Shown: positions 11,869 through 24,028 of the stretch, piece after piece
How the letters are laid out: every line of letters begins with the position of its first letter
Position numbering within the stretch: the stretch's first letter is position 1
Origin: Cyanophora paradoxa CCMP329
Lineage: Eukaryota; Plantae; Glaucophyta
Reading direction: 5' to 3'
Length of the DNA stretch: 64,000 bases
NCBI GenBank assembly: GCA_004431415.1
Contig: QPMI01000318.1
Location: 21,503 to 85,502, forward strand
Position numbers and translations under genes: made by a program
The notes under the pieces: generated by a model
Told to the model about the DNA's origin: nothing
The model's database searches: none
What the model saw: the letters and a program-made list of their open reading frames with translations, nothing else

Positions 11869-14265
11869 ATGGCGGGCAAGGATGCGGAGGTCACCTCCGA
11901 CCTGAAGATGACCAGCGCCGCGGGCGGCGGCGCCGGCATCTACCTGATTGTGCAGCTGGCGGTGGTCCTGGCTCTGGGCGCTTTCTCCTACTTCACCATC
12001 GTCCCCATGCTTGGCGACGCGACGAGCCTTCCGGCGCGCTTCGTCGCCTACACGCAGGAGAACGCCCTGGTCTGGCAGATTCCCGCGTTCTTCGTGTCGT
12101 GCTATGTGGCGTTCCGCCTGGTCTTCTCGCTGTCCAACTCGGTCAGCTCGAAGCCGGCGAAGCTCTACGAGCGCGCCAAGTCGAGCGATGTGCGTGATGA
12201 GATATCGCGCGCGCGCGCCGGAGGTCGGGCGCGGCTGACCAGGGACGCGTCCCGCGCTCTGCTGCTTCGTCGCGCAGGACTTCTACGATGTCGCCATCGT
12301 CGGCTCGGGCCCCAGCGGCTCGGTCTGCTCGTTCTACCTCACTCGTGATCACAAGGCGCGTGTCCTGGTGCTCGAGAAGAAGAAGTTCCCCCGCGACAAG
12401 TACTGCGGCGATGCCGTCCCCGCTGCCTGCCACCCCATCATGGTTCGCGCGCCGCCGGCGCGCGTCGGTTATTTTCGTGCTCACGCCGCCGCAGGACGAC
12501 ATGGGCGTGCTCAAGCAGATCCTCGACGCCAAGAAGGGCCACCCGGTACAGTTTTGTTTAGTTACGCGACTTCTTTCGCGCCTAAAATGACTCCGCAGGC
12601 CGACAACGGTGGCATGATCAGCCCCGGCGGTCTCACTTTCATTGGGCGCTCGGCCGGCGAGATCGGGCGCAACGCCGTCATCGGCATCCGCCGCATTGTG
12701 CTCGATGAGCACCTGGCCATGGCCTCCCGCAAGGCCGGCACCGACCTTAAGGAGAACAGCGAGGTCATGGTGCGCCGACGCCCGCCCCGCCCCGCCCTGC
12801 GCCGGGCGGGGCCCTCAGGCTTGTGCAGGGCGCCAAGTTCGACCGCTCCACCGGCCTGTGGACCATCGAGGTTAAGCGCTGGGAGGGCGGCGCCGACAAC
12901 GAGTGGGCCGTCGAGAACATGACCGGCGAGAACAAGTCCACCGGTCCGCGCGCCGCATCCGCCGCGCCATCCCGCGCGTTGGCTCACTTCGCGCTGCTTT
13001 GCAGAGGTGATCACGTACAAGGCGCGCGCGCTGGTGTGCGCGGACGGCGCGACCTCGACCCTTGCTCGCAAGCTCGGCATCGTCAAGACCGCCCCCGAGG
13101 GCGTCTGCTCCCGCGCCTACGTCCAGGTCCGTGCGCCGCTCCGCGTCCCGGCGGCGCGGGCGGGGCGGGGTGTGAGCGTGGCGGGGGCGCAGGGCGACTC
13201 GCACAACTTCAAGGCGGACGGCGTCGTCTTCTACCCGCCCAAGCTCCTGCCCGGCTACTGCTCCGTCTTCCGCGTCGGCGCCGACCAGCACGACCTCTCC
13301 TTCTGCTGCTACATCATCCCCGGTCCGCCCGCCCCCGCCCCCGCCCCCGCCGCCCCAGCGCCAACGTGATGAGAACTGGATTCCCCTTCGTGATCACTCG
13401 CTGAACGAACAAAAAACACAGCTCACTCTGATTCCGCGCCCTCCAAAAAACCAAATAAAGCTAGTTGCCGGCGGCGTGCGCCGGGGCGCGGCTGACGCGG
13501 GGGAGCGCTGCAGGCAACCCGAAGGTGACGGAGAAGGAGCTGCCGACCCTGCACCACGACATCATCAAGAACGACCCCTACGTCTCCAAGGCCCTCGGTC
13601 CGCCCGCCCGCCGCTCGCGAGCCGTGCGCGGCGGGGCCGGGGCGAGCGGGCGGGGGGGCGGCAGGCCCGAACGCCAAGCTGGAGCGCATGAAGGCGGCGT
13701 CGCTGCGCCTGGGCGGCGTGCCGAAGAGCTACGGCGAGCACGTCGTGCTCGTCGGCGACGCCGCCGGCACCATCGACCCGCTCACCGGCGAGGGCATCCA
13801 CACCGCCATGATCACCGGCAAGATGGCCTCGATCGTCCTCGGCGAGGCGATCAAGACCGGCAACTACAGCGAGGGCCACATGGCCAAGTACCACGCCATG
13901 TGGATGAAGGAGTTCGGCGCCGACTTCTACTGGTCGATGAAGGGCGCGCAGCTCCTGTACAAGTTCCCGCTGCTCCTCGACGCCGCCTGCGCGGCCGTCC
14001 AGCGCAAGGGGCCCGAGTTCCTCGGCGAGTGGGCCCTGGTGCGTTCCTTGGCCCCGCCTCGCCCCGCCGGCGCCCGGCGGCTCACGGGGGCGGGGGGCAG
14101 ATCATGACGAACCAGCGGCCGAAGATCGACCTGATCAAGCCGCGCATCGCCTTCCCGATCGTGACGGAGATCATCTCGCAGTTCGTCCAGCAGAAGATCC
14201 TCGGGCGCCCGACCCCGCGCTCCAAGATCGACAAGGAGCTCGCCGCCGCCAAGAAGGACAAGTAG
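11869..14265 (+). CDS. Geranylgeranyl-reductase-family FAD-dependent oxidoreductase with two N-terminal transmembrane helices
   Basis: DVAIVGSGPSGS, LEKKKFPRDKYCGDA, RIVLDEHL, LVCADGATS, LVGDAAGTIDPLTGEGIHTAM. Confidence 0.88.
13361..13436 (+). ncRNA. Intronic box C/D snoRNA, probable snR71/U29 (SNORD29)-like guide for LSU rRNA
   Basis: AT-rich island in an unusually long intron: box C GTGATGA 13366-13372, box D CTGA 13428-13431. The D guide AAACACAGCTCAC complements conserved LSU GUGAGCUGGGUUU (1 mismatch); a second guide GGATTCCCCTT complements LSU AAGGGGAAUCC (rRNA sequences from memory). Confidence 0.8.
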
Positions 14266-14400
14266 GCGGCCGCCCGGCCCGAGCCCTCCCCCCCCGCTTC
14301 CCTCCCCCCGATGGCAGCCCCATTCGTGCTGCACGGCAGCGAATGTCTGTAATTCTATGTTTTCCAAAGAGCAGTTTCCTTTCCTCCGACGAGCGCCGCG

Positions 14401-14470
14401 CCGCGAGTTACGCGTGCGGCAGTTGCGCGTGCGGCAGTTACGGCACAAGGCAGTTACTCGCAGGCAGTGC
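14401..14470 (+). promoter_or_regulatory. Cluster of (G)CAGTTRC MYB-type motifs upstream of the diflavin reductase
   Basis: GAGTTAC, GCAGTTGC and GCAGTTAC x2 within 60 bp, about 180-230 bp before the ATG. Similar clusters at 11771-11811 and 39564-39768. Confidence 0.4.
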
Positions 14471-14634
14471 ACGTGCGCGGATTGTTTACATAAAGAGATC
14501 GCAGGCGCTCTAGGACGTTAACGCACGGGTCACTGTGCAGAAATGGCGCGAATATTGATCGCAGGGTACGCCGTCCGCGCCAGTATCGATATCCCCCTCG
14601 AGCTCGATCCCGCTCCGCGCGGTGCCTCGGCAAG

Positions 14635-17377
14635 ATGCTGTGGCTCGTGTCCTGGGGCATCATCGCGGTCCTCTTCTACGTAGTTCTGAAGGGTTTCCGC
14701 GGCCCGCCGGCGGCAGCGCTCAACAAGGATGGCTTCGACCCGAACTCGCTCGACGCGTTCTTGCACACGAACTACTCGGCCGAGGAGCTCGTGAAGGGTG
14801 CGCCAGCCCGCCGCGCGCGCGTGCCCTGCCCGGCACTGCGTGCCGGCCCAGACCAGCTGCCCGGCGCCGCCAGCTCGACGCACGGGCGTCCCTCGCGCGC
14901 CCGGTGATTCCGAGTGACTGACTGAGCGCTGCGCGCCGCGCGCGCCGCGCCGCGCGTCTCCGTTGCAGCCGCGAAGCCGCAGCTGCTGGTGGAGGACAAC
15001 AACCCGGGGCGCGCGGTGCTCGTCTTCTACGGCACTGAGTACGGCGCCTCGAAGGAGATTGCCTTCAAGCTGGGCGACCGCCTCAACGAGGAGGGCGTCT
15101 ACAAGGCCCGCGTGATCAATTTGATCGACCACAAGGCCATCGACTTCTCCCAGGAGCAGGCCGTCATGATCGTCTGCTCCACCGCCGGCGACGGTCAGCG
15201 CCGCCCGCCTCCGCGCGAGCCGAGCGTTGCCCCGGGCTGGTCGCGACCTCGGCGGGATTGCTGACGCGAGCGCGCAGGCGTGCCGCCGACGGAGGCGAAG
15301 CCGTTTTTCGAGGCTCTCGAGGAGAGCAGCGTGGTGATCCCCGCAGGCCTGCCCTACTCCGTGCTCGCCCTCGGCGACAGCAACTACCCGCACTTCTGCC
15401 GCTGCGGCCGCACCATCGACGCCATGCGCGCTCCTCGCCTCTTCCGCTCCTTTCTGCCGGTCTCGCTGAGGCGTGCGGGCAGGATGGCGGAGCGGGGCGC
15501 GGTGCGCTTCTTCGAGAAGAAGGACGTGGACCAGGAGGACTGGGGGGTCATCAACTCCTGGATCGCCGGTGCGGGCCCCCGGCGGCGCCGCCGCCGCCGC
15601 CCGGCCCGACGCGGCGGCAGGCGTCCACCGCGCCCTCAAGGGCCTCAAGATCGAGGTCCGCGACGAGTACCTCGCCGGCCTCGTGCGCGACCGCCCCGCC
15701 CCGCCCCGCCCCGCCCCGCCCCGCCCCGCCCCGCCGGGGCCGCGGGAGGGCGAGCCGGGGGCGCAGGAGAGTATCGCGGGGAAGGAGGGCGGGGAGGGGT
15801 CGTACAGCCGCTCGAAGCCCTTCATGGCGCCCGTCGCGGTGAAGCGGACGATCACCAAGGTCGAGGCCAAGGGCGACTCGGACGTCATGCACATCGAGTT
15901 CGACCTCTCCGGTCCGCCCCGCCCCGCCCTCCCACCCCGCCCCGCTCTCGCACCCCGCCCCGCGCCCCGCCCACCCGCCGGCAGGTTCCGAGATCAAGTA
16001 CGTGCCCGGGGACGCCCTCGGAGTCTGCCCCAGCAACAACCCCAAGACCGTCGCCGTCCGCCCGCCCCCGCCCACCCGCGCCGCCCGCGCCGGCGTCCGA
16101 CGGTCCCGGCCCACGCCGCGCGCGCAGGCGATCCTCAAGCGCTGCGGCTGGTCGGGCAAGGAGAAGGTGGCGGCGCCCGCCTGGTACCCCAAGGAGGAGG
16201 TCCGCGCCCCACCCCCGTCCGCCGGCGCGGGGCCGGGGCGGGGTGCGAGGGCGGGTCGGGGGCAGGGGGAGACGGAGATGCCGCTGAAGGACGCGCTGGC
16301 GCACTGCTACGACCTCAAGACCGTCCGCGGCGAGCTCCTCCGCACCCTCGTCGACGAGTGGCTCCCCGCCGGCTCCCCGCAGGGGGAGAAGGCGCGGGGG
16401 CTGCTGGCGGGGGGCCTGGGGCGGGACAACGGGGCGCTGGCGGGGTACCTGGAGCCGCGCGAGGTGCTGGACGTGCTCGAGGAGCACCCGGCGGCCGCCC
16501 CCGCCCCCGCCGCCCTCCTCAAGGCCCTCAAGCAGCTCCTCCCCCGCTACTACTCCATCTCCTCCTCCCCCCTCCACGTCCGCCACCCTCGCCCGCCCCC
16601 GCGCACCCTCCCCTCGGACCGACGGGGCGGCAGAACGCGGAGCGGGTGAGCATCACGGCGGGGGTGGTGCGGTACGAGACGCTGGGGAAGGGGCGGGAGG
16701 GGGTGTGCACGACGTTCCTCTCGGACCGGGTTGCGGTCGGGGCCAAGGTGCCCATCTTCATCAGCCCCAACAAGGACTTCCGCCTCCCCGCCGACCTCGC
16801 CACCCCCATCATCATGGCCCGGCCCCGCCCCACCTCGCCCCGCCCCGCCCCGCCTGACGGCCGCGCAGATCGGGCCGGGGACGGGCCTGGCGCCGTTCCG
16901 GTCGTTCCTGCAGCACCGGGAGCTGGCGGCGAAGGAGGCCGGGGCGGCGATGGAGGCGGCCGCGAACGTGCTCTTCTTCGGCTGTCGCCACGAGGCCAAG
17001 GACTTCCTCTACCGCGACGAGCTCACCGTCCGCGCCCCCCGCCCCCGCCGCCCCCGCCCCCGCCCCCACCGAGTCCCCCGCAGAAGCTGGCGGACGGGAA
17101 GAAGCTGCGGCTGCACACGGCCTTCTCGCGGGATCAGGCGGCGAAGGTCTACGTGCAGCAGCGGCTGCGGGAGGCGGGGCCGGCGGTGTGGCAGGCGATC
17201 GCGGCCGGGGGCCACGTGTACGTGTGCGGCGACGCGAAGCACATGGCGGCGGACGTGCACGCCGCGCTGCTCGAGGTGGCGGCCGACCAGGGCGGCCTCG
17301 GCTCCCTGCAGGCCGCCCAGGCCCTCTTCGACGACCTCGTCAAGCAGCACCGCTACCAGCGCGACGTCTGGGCCTGA
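14635..17377 (+). CDS. Membrane-anchored diflavin (FMN/FAD/NADPH) reductase, cytochrome P450 reductase / CysJ-like
   Basis: N-terminal TM helix; flavodoxin motifs [26 protein letters not shown]; [52 protein letters not shown]. Confidence 0.9.
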
Positions 17378-17598
17378 TCATGACCCCGCCCACCCTCCCT
17401 CTTTCCCTCCCCCGTTCGGCGCCAGCCGGCGCCCTGAATACATGCACATCAAGAACGTAGCTCAGGCCCCAGAAACGCCCCGGCCCTCGCCGAGTCGGCG
17501 AGTCGGCGAGGCGCGCAGCGTCGCCGTCGGGGGCGGCAGCGGCAATAGTTACGATCGAAAGCAAGCGGGCGGGCGGGCGTGGGGGGCGGGGGGGCGGG

Positions 17599-19434
17599 CT
17601 AGCGGAAGCGGATGCGGGCGGCGGGGAGGGCGGAGCGGATGGCAGCGAGCTGGTCGGGGAGAAAGGGGTCGCCCCGCGGTGCCCGCACCTCGAGCTCCCG
17701 CAGGCGCGCCAGCGGGGCCAGGGCCCCCGCCGGGGCCCCCGCGCTGAAGAGGCGGCAGGGGGAGCGGAGGCGGAGGGCTGCGAGGGCGGGGGCGGCGGCG
17801 AGGGCGGCGACGAAGCGGCGCGGGAGGAAGGCGGCGGGCTCGGCGGCCTCGAGCTCGGCGCGGCGGAGGCGGCCCCACGCGCCCAGCGCCTCCCCGCCAG
17901 CTCCCGCAGCTCCCCGCCGGCACCCGCAGCCGCAGCACCTGCCGCCCGCACCCCGTCAGCGCCGCGGGGCGGGCGGGGCGGGCGGTGCCTGCCTGGAGTT
18001 CGGCGAGGGCGAGGAGGTCGGGGGCGAGGGGGGACCCGAGCGGGCCCCGGCGGGTGGCGCGCGGGGGCGGCGCGGGCGAGGGCGAGGGAGACGAGGGGGA
18101 GGGCGGCGAGGGGCGCGGCGGAGGCCCCGGGGCGAGCTCGACGTCGAGCTCGCGGAGGGCCCCGAGCGCCGCCAGCGGCCCCGCGTCCAGCAGCGGGGCC
18201 CCGATCGAGAGCGCGGCGAGGCTGCCCGCGAGGGGCCGGAGCTGGGCGAGGTCGGCCGGGGGCAGGGCGGGGGCGGCGGCGGTCTCGACGCCCTCGGCGC
18301 CGACGAAGCCGACGGTGAGGCGCTCGAGGCGGGCGAGCTGGCCCAGGGCGGCGAAGGCGGCGGGGAGGCCCATCGCCCCCGCGTCCCGCAGCGTCACGAG
18401 GAAGGAGACGGCAAGCTCGCGGAGGCGGGGCGCCAGCTGCCCCGCCAGCGCCCCGAAGAGCTGCGGGGCCACCGGCAGGCAGCAGAGGCGCAGCACCTCC
18501 AGCCGCTCCAGCGCCCCAATCGTCGCGAGGGAGGCCGGGGTGAGGATGCGGGAGAGGGCGACGGCGCGGCAGCCGTACTGCGCCGCCTCGGGCATCTCGA
18601 AGGAGAGGCGGCGGAGGCCCCCCGGCAGCGCCTCCAGCAGGGGCTCCGGCGCCAGCTTCGTCACGTGCTGCAGCGCCACCGACACCTCCAGCCCTGCGCC
18701 CGCATCGGGCCCCGCGCGGCGCCCCGCGCGGCGCCCCTCGCACCCTCCACGTGTATCTCTCGCAGGTGCTCCATCCCGGCCCGGCTCAAGCAGCAGGACG
18801 GCAGGCACAGCGTGTCGAGCTCCGGTCGGAGTCTCGCCAAGTTCCTCGCGTCCCAATCGGAGGCGCTCAAAAGCGCCATACGCCGATCCAGCAGGTGCTC
18901 TTGTATCACGGTTCTCCACCTGACCGTCAACGCCGCAGGTTAAAAGCTTGGGGTTGTCGCTTTCGGGTTGGGGTTCTGACCGTTTAGACACTCGCACGAG
19001 CGCAGCGAACACCGTGGCGTCGATGCTGTCGTATCAAAATGTTTTGGAGGGCGGCGCGCTCAGGTGCGGGGCGGCGCGGCCATGCGTGCGGGCAGGGCGG
19101 CGCACGCAGTGACGCGCTCCTGTCCCCAGGAACGCAGCCGAAGCGTGCGTTCCCAGCTCTGCCGGAGCAGTGTCAGTGCGACGGAACTCGGCGCGCACGA
19201 CTGCTGTCGATAACGCGGGAGTCGGAGAGCGGGGCGCACGATTTCCATCGATAACTTGGCGATGACCCATACCAGGTCGTCTGGCAGAGGCTCGAAAGCG
19301 TCGGGGTCCGCATGCGGCAGGTATACATCGTCTGCGCCGCCAGAAGGCCCAGCTAGCGGCGGCTCATCGACGTCGCCTGAACGCGTCCCAAGCTCAGCGC
19401 TAGCTGCGGCCGGCTCCGGCGGCTCCGGGTCCAT
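17599..19434 (-). CDS. F-box / leucine-rich-repeat-like protein
   Basis: [15 protein letters not shown] is F-box-like; repeated LxxLxL units ([33 protein letters not shown]). One apparent 1-nt frameshift near 17890. Confidence 0.6.
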
Positions 19435-19526
19435 GCGTGGGCCAGCTGCAGCAGCAGTCACTGCGGTAGCAGGGGGGTAGGGGCCGGGGGGGTAGGGGCC
19501 CGGAGGCGAGTTCCGGATCCTGCTGC

Positions 19527-19830
19527 ATTACGATCGTAATTAATTACGATCGCGAATTCACGTGAATTCGAATATATAGACGCTGCTGCAGCGCCTAGGC
19601 CGGGCGCCGGCAGCGCTGCGATTACGATCGTAATTAATTACGATCGCGAATTCACGTGAATATCAATCAGCGCTGCGGCGCCTTCGAGCTCGAGCTCGAG
19701 TGCGCTATCATATATATATAGTATATATAGCTAGCGCTGTACGCACGTATACATGCATATATACATGTACAGTGCGTCGAGCTCGAGCTCGACTCTAGAT
19801 CGATATCTTGATCTAGATCTCGAGCTCCTC
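19527..19830. repeat. Nested perfect palindromes; a 41-bp block present twice
   Basis: ATTACGATCGTAATTAATTACGATCGCGAATTCACGTGAAT at 19527-19567 and 19621-19661; (GAGCTC)n, (TA)n and TCTAGATCT runs. Confidence 0.9.
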
Positions 19831-19959
19831 TCACTTGGCGGCTAGCTAGGGGCGCGGGGTCACTTGGCGGCTAGCTAGGGGCGCGGGCTCACTTGGCGGC
19901 TAGCTAGGGGCGCGGAGATCTCGAGATCTCGGGCTAGCTAGGGGCGCGGGGTCACTTGG
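19831..19959. repeat. 29-bp tandem repeat that copies the HisRS stop-codon / 3'UTR junction
   Basis: TCACTTGGCGGCTAGCTAGGGGCGCGGGG units start at 19831, 19860 and 19889, plus the native copy around the stop at 19952. Confidence 0.9.
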
Positions 19960-22900
19960 GGGCGCGGCCGAGGGCCTTGAGGGCGGCCTGGGCGACCTCG
20001 GCGCGGGGCACGGGCTCCTCGGTGCGGGCGTTCAGGTCCTTGAGCTTGACGAGGCCCTGCTTCAGCTCGTCCTCCCCCACGATGACCACCAGCGGCACCC
20101 CGCCCTCGAGCGCCGCCGCCAGCTGCTTCTGCAGCTTCGGCTCTGCCGCGTACATGAACTCCGCCTTGACGCCGGCGGCCCAGAGCTCGGCGGCGATGCG
20201 CATGCGCTCCTCGAGCAGGCCGGCCCCGATCTGCGCCACGTACACCTCCGTCTCGTTCTCCCGCACCTGCCCCGCCTGCGCCCCGCCCCGCCCCGTCACG
20301 CCCCGCCCCGGGGATGGCGTCGGGGCGCGGCGGACCGCCTTGGCCTTCTGCTCCATGATGGTGAAGATGCGCTCGATGCCGATGCTCACGCCCACCGCCG
20401 GGATCTGCTGCGCGCTCAGACCGGCCCCGGGCGGGCGGGGCGGGGCGGGGCGGGCCTGCTTGGCGGAGGGGTTGAACATGCCGACGAGGTCGTCGTAGCG
20501 GCCACCGGCGGCGATGGAGCCGACCTGGTCCGTCTCTGCGCGCCCCCCGCCTCGTCGGCGGCGGCCCCGGTGCCGGCGGCCTGGCAGGGGGCACACCGGT
20601 GAAGACGGCCTCGTAGATGACGCCCGTGTAGTAGTCGAGGCCCCGCGCCAGGCTCAGGTCAAAGCTGAACTGCGCGACGCTCAGCTCCCAGCGGGCGCGG
20701 CCGGGGCCGGGGCGGGGCGGGGCGGGCCTTGTCGAGGCAGCGGAAGGCGTCGAGGTAGGAGAAGAGGGTGGCCATCTCGTCGAGGGCGGCGCGACCGCCG
20801 GCGTGGGCGGCGAAGCGGCCCTCGTGCTGGAGGCGGGCGAGGAGGGCGCGGGGCTCGCCCTTGAGGCACACGAAGGTGCCGATGGCGTCGGCGACGGCGG
20901 GGGCGAGGCCCTTCTCCTCCACCATCTCCGCGCGGACGGCCTCCCAGGGCTCCTTGTCGAGCTTGTCGATGGCCGAGCAGATGGGGCGGAACTTGGCGGC
21001 CGGGACCCCCGCGATCTCGAGGATGGCGTCGAGGAGGCGGCGGTGGTTGATCTTCACCGCGTAGCGTCCGACGTCGAGGGCGTCGAGCACCTCGGTGAGG
21101 ATCTTGAGGATCTCGCTGTCCGGGATCATCAGCCCGTAGCTCCCCGCGATGTCCAGGTCCTGCCCGCAGAGCGTTCGGGGCCGGCATGGCGGGGCGGGGC
21201 GGGGCGGGGCGGGGCGGACGCATTGGTAGAACTCGCGGAAGCGGCCGCGGTTCATGGCGGGGTTGTCGCGGCGGTAGACGCGCGCGATGTGGTACCGCTT
21301 GATGCTCCCCACCCCGTTCATCGCCACGTACCGCGCGAACGGCACCGTCAGGTCGTAGCGCAGGCTGCAGATTTCCCCCCCCTGGTCCGCCAGGTCGTAG
21401 ATCAGCTTGCTCTCCTCCCCGTACTTCCCCGTGAGCGTCTCCTTGAGCTCGAAGACGGGGGTGTCGATGGCGACGGCGCCGTGCCGCTTGAAGACGCCGT
21501 GGATCGTCGCGAAGGCCTTCTCGCGGATGGCCATCTGCTCGGGGGCGAAGTCGCGCGTGCCCTTGGGGATCTTCGGCTTGCGCCGCGCCTGCGAGACGCT
21601 GAAGAGGCCCGTCGCGAGCTCCGCCGTCGCCCGCGCCAGCGGGTCCAGCGCGGCGGCGATGGCGCGCACGCCCTCGGCGGCCTCGACGCGGTCCACGGGG
21701 GCCGCCCGGTACACGTGCTCCCGCAGCCCCTGCGAGCCCCGCCCCAGCTGCAGCGGGCCCCCGCCCTTGCGCCGCTCCTTCTTCTCCTTCTTCTTCTCCT
21801 CGCCCTTGGCCGCCTCCGCGGGGGCGGGGGCCGGGGCCGGGGCGGCGCCCTCCTCGGCGGGGACGCCGCGGGCGAGGTCCTGCGCGTACAGCGAGTGCAC
21901 CGCCGCGTACGCCTCCGCGCTCAGCGCCTGCCGCCCCCGTCGCCTCCCCCGCCGCGAGGCGCCGCGCGCGCCGGGAGTGGCGGGCGGGGCCGCACGGTGT
22001 GCGCGAACTCGACGGCGGCGGCGGCTGCGAGGGCGGTCTGCATCCCCGCCGCGCAGTAGTGCGACCGCCGCTCCGCCGACGCCACGCTCGGCGCAACCCC
22101 CGACGCCAGCTGCCGCCCCGTCGCCCCCGGCCGGGGCGGGGCGGGGCGGGCGGGGCGGGGCGCACGAAGGTGGAGGCCTCGCGGGAGGCGGCGATGAGGT
22201 CCTGCACCTCGGCCGCCTCGAGCGGGCGCGCCGCCGCCGCCCCTCGACGCCCTCCACGGGGCCGGGGCGGGGGCGGCGAGGAGGGCGGCGACGCGGGTCT
22301 CGGCGGCGTCGGCGAGGATCGCGAGCGCCTGCTGCAGGCACGAGAGCGCCGTCGCCAGCGGCTGCGCGCTGAACTGCTGCCCCTTCGACTTCGCCGCCTC
22401 CGGCCCCGCCCCCTCCCCGCTGTTCAGCTCCACCTGCACCGCCGCTGCGCGGGCCCGCCTCGGCGCCGGCGGTGGGAGCGGGGCGGGCGGCGGGGCGAGG
22501 CGCGGGCACCGGAGGCGGACTTGACGAGGTCGCGGGCGGGGCCGTTGTACTGCGGCGTGGCGTGCACGCTCTGCAGCTCGGCGCGCGGGTCCGGCTTCGT
22601 GCCGTCCACCGACTTGCTCCCCTCCACCATCGCCCGCATATTCCCCGCCGAGTCGCACTCCCCCTGCGCGCCCGACCCCCTCGGCCTCGGGCACGCCGGC
22701 CGGCTGGGCGGGGGGCGGGGCGGGGCGGACGCGGTGCGGGCGGGAGACGTCGTGGGCGGCGGTGCCGAAGGCCTCGGAGGAGGCGTGCAGCGCCTCCGCG
22801 CTCAGCGACGCCACCGCGTCCGCCACCTCCACCAGCGTCTGCCCCCCGCTCAGCGCCCCGGCCCCGCCCCAGCCCCCGCTGCCCCGCACCCGCGCCGAGT

Positions 22901-23641
22901 AGGCGACGAGGGCGCCGAGCGCGGCGGCGGGGTCCGTGGCGGTCCCGCGCTTGACGGCCGCCTGCTCAGCGGCCTCGAGGTGGGGGCGCTGCAGCCCCGC
23001 CTTCGCCAGCGCATCCTTCAGGGGCGCCGCCTTGCCCGCCACGGTGCACTCCCCTGCGCGGCGCGGCGCGGCTCGGGGGCGCCCGGCCCCGGACCCCAGC
23101 AGCGGGGCGCGCACCGGCGCCGCAGGTGGCCGCGTAGAGCGCGTCCATGACCGCCTCGTCTTCCGCCACCGCCGGCAGCTGCGGCGCCGTCGGCCGGCAG
23201 GAGACAGACCGTGGCCGCACCCGCGCACCACGGGGAGGATGTTGCGGTTCAGCAGATCGGCGTAGTACTCGCACACCGCCACGCCCACGGGGGCTCGCGC
23301 TTGCATGAATGTCACCAGCCGCGTGAAAAGCACAGCCCGGACTTGCCGCTCGCTCAGGCGCGCATCGGCGGCCACCGGCGGTGGCGCAATGCTGTCAGAA
23401 GGCATCGCAACGGAGATGGACGCCGGCTGCGAGCGGTCAGCCTGTGCGAAAACGCGCGATCGCTGACGGGACGACGCACGTCGGGCGCGTCGCCCTTCTT
23501 GGACTTCGGTTTGCTCGCCGCACGCACGGCCTCGAGCGCGGCGGTATCCAGCACGACCGTCGCATTGTGAACGGAGACCTTCACCAGGTCCTCGAGCGTG
23601 ATGGTCCGGTTGCCCACGAGCACCTTCGCGTGCTCGCTCAT
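19952..23641 (-). CDS. HARS: Cytosolic histidyl-tRNA synthetase with N-terminal HAL/PAL-like domain
   Basis: [73 protein letters not shown] and an anticodon domain. The N-terminal half has ammonia-lyase-like motifs ([27 protein letters not shown]). Confidence 0.96.
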
Positions 23642-24028
23642 ATTGATGCTGGGCCTCTTTCCTCGCGCTCCCTCTGCGACGTGCAGCTGCAGCCTGGCGT
23701 GCGGCGCCGACCTCACTTCTTGCGAGCTGTACCCCGCTTGTGATCCCACAGGTCCCTCTGTCTAGCCTAGATCTCCACACTGAGTCCACAGTCCCACCGA
23801 GTCCCGCGTTTCCCACGCAAGGCAAAACCTCGCGAGCTCGAGAGCTCACGCGTACGCGGCCTTCACTAGGGATGCCGTGCCAGGAGCACATAGATTCAGA
23901 CTGAACCGGTCGCCCTGGGCAAGCTCGGCAGCTGCACAGAGACCCTACTGAGCCTACTCTCTCGACTGGGGCCGGCTGCCTCGAGCGGAGGGCGCGGGGG
24001 GGTGCGGCCGGGGACTGGCGAGGCCCGC

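Noticed and set aside
14348-14352. TGTAA as a green-algal-type polyadenylation signal
   Set aside because: Noticed after only two genes (here and ~41092); not consistent across the other 3' ends.
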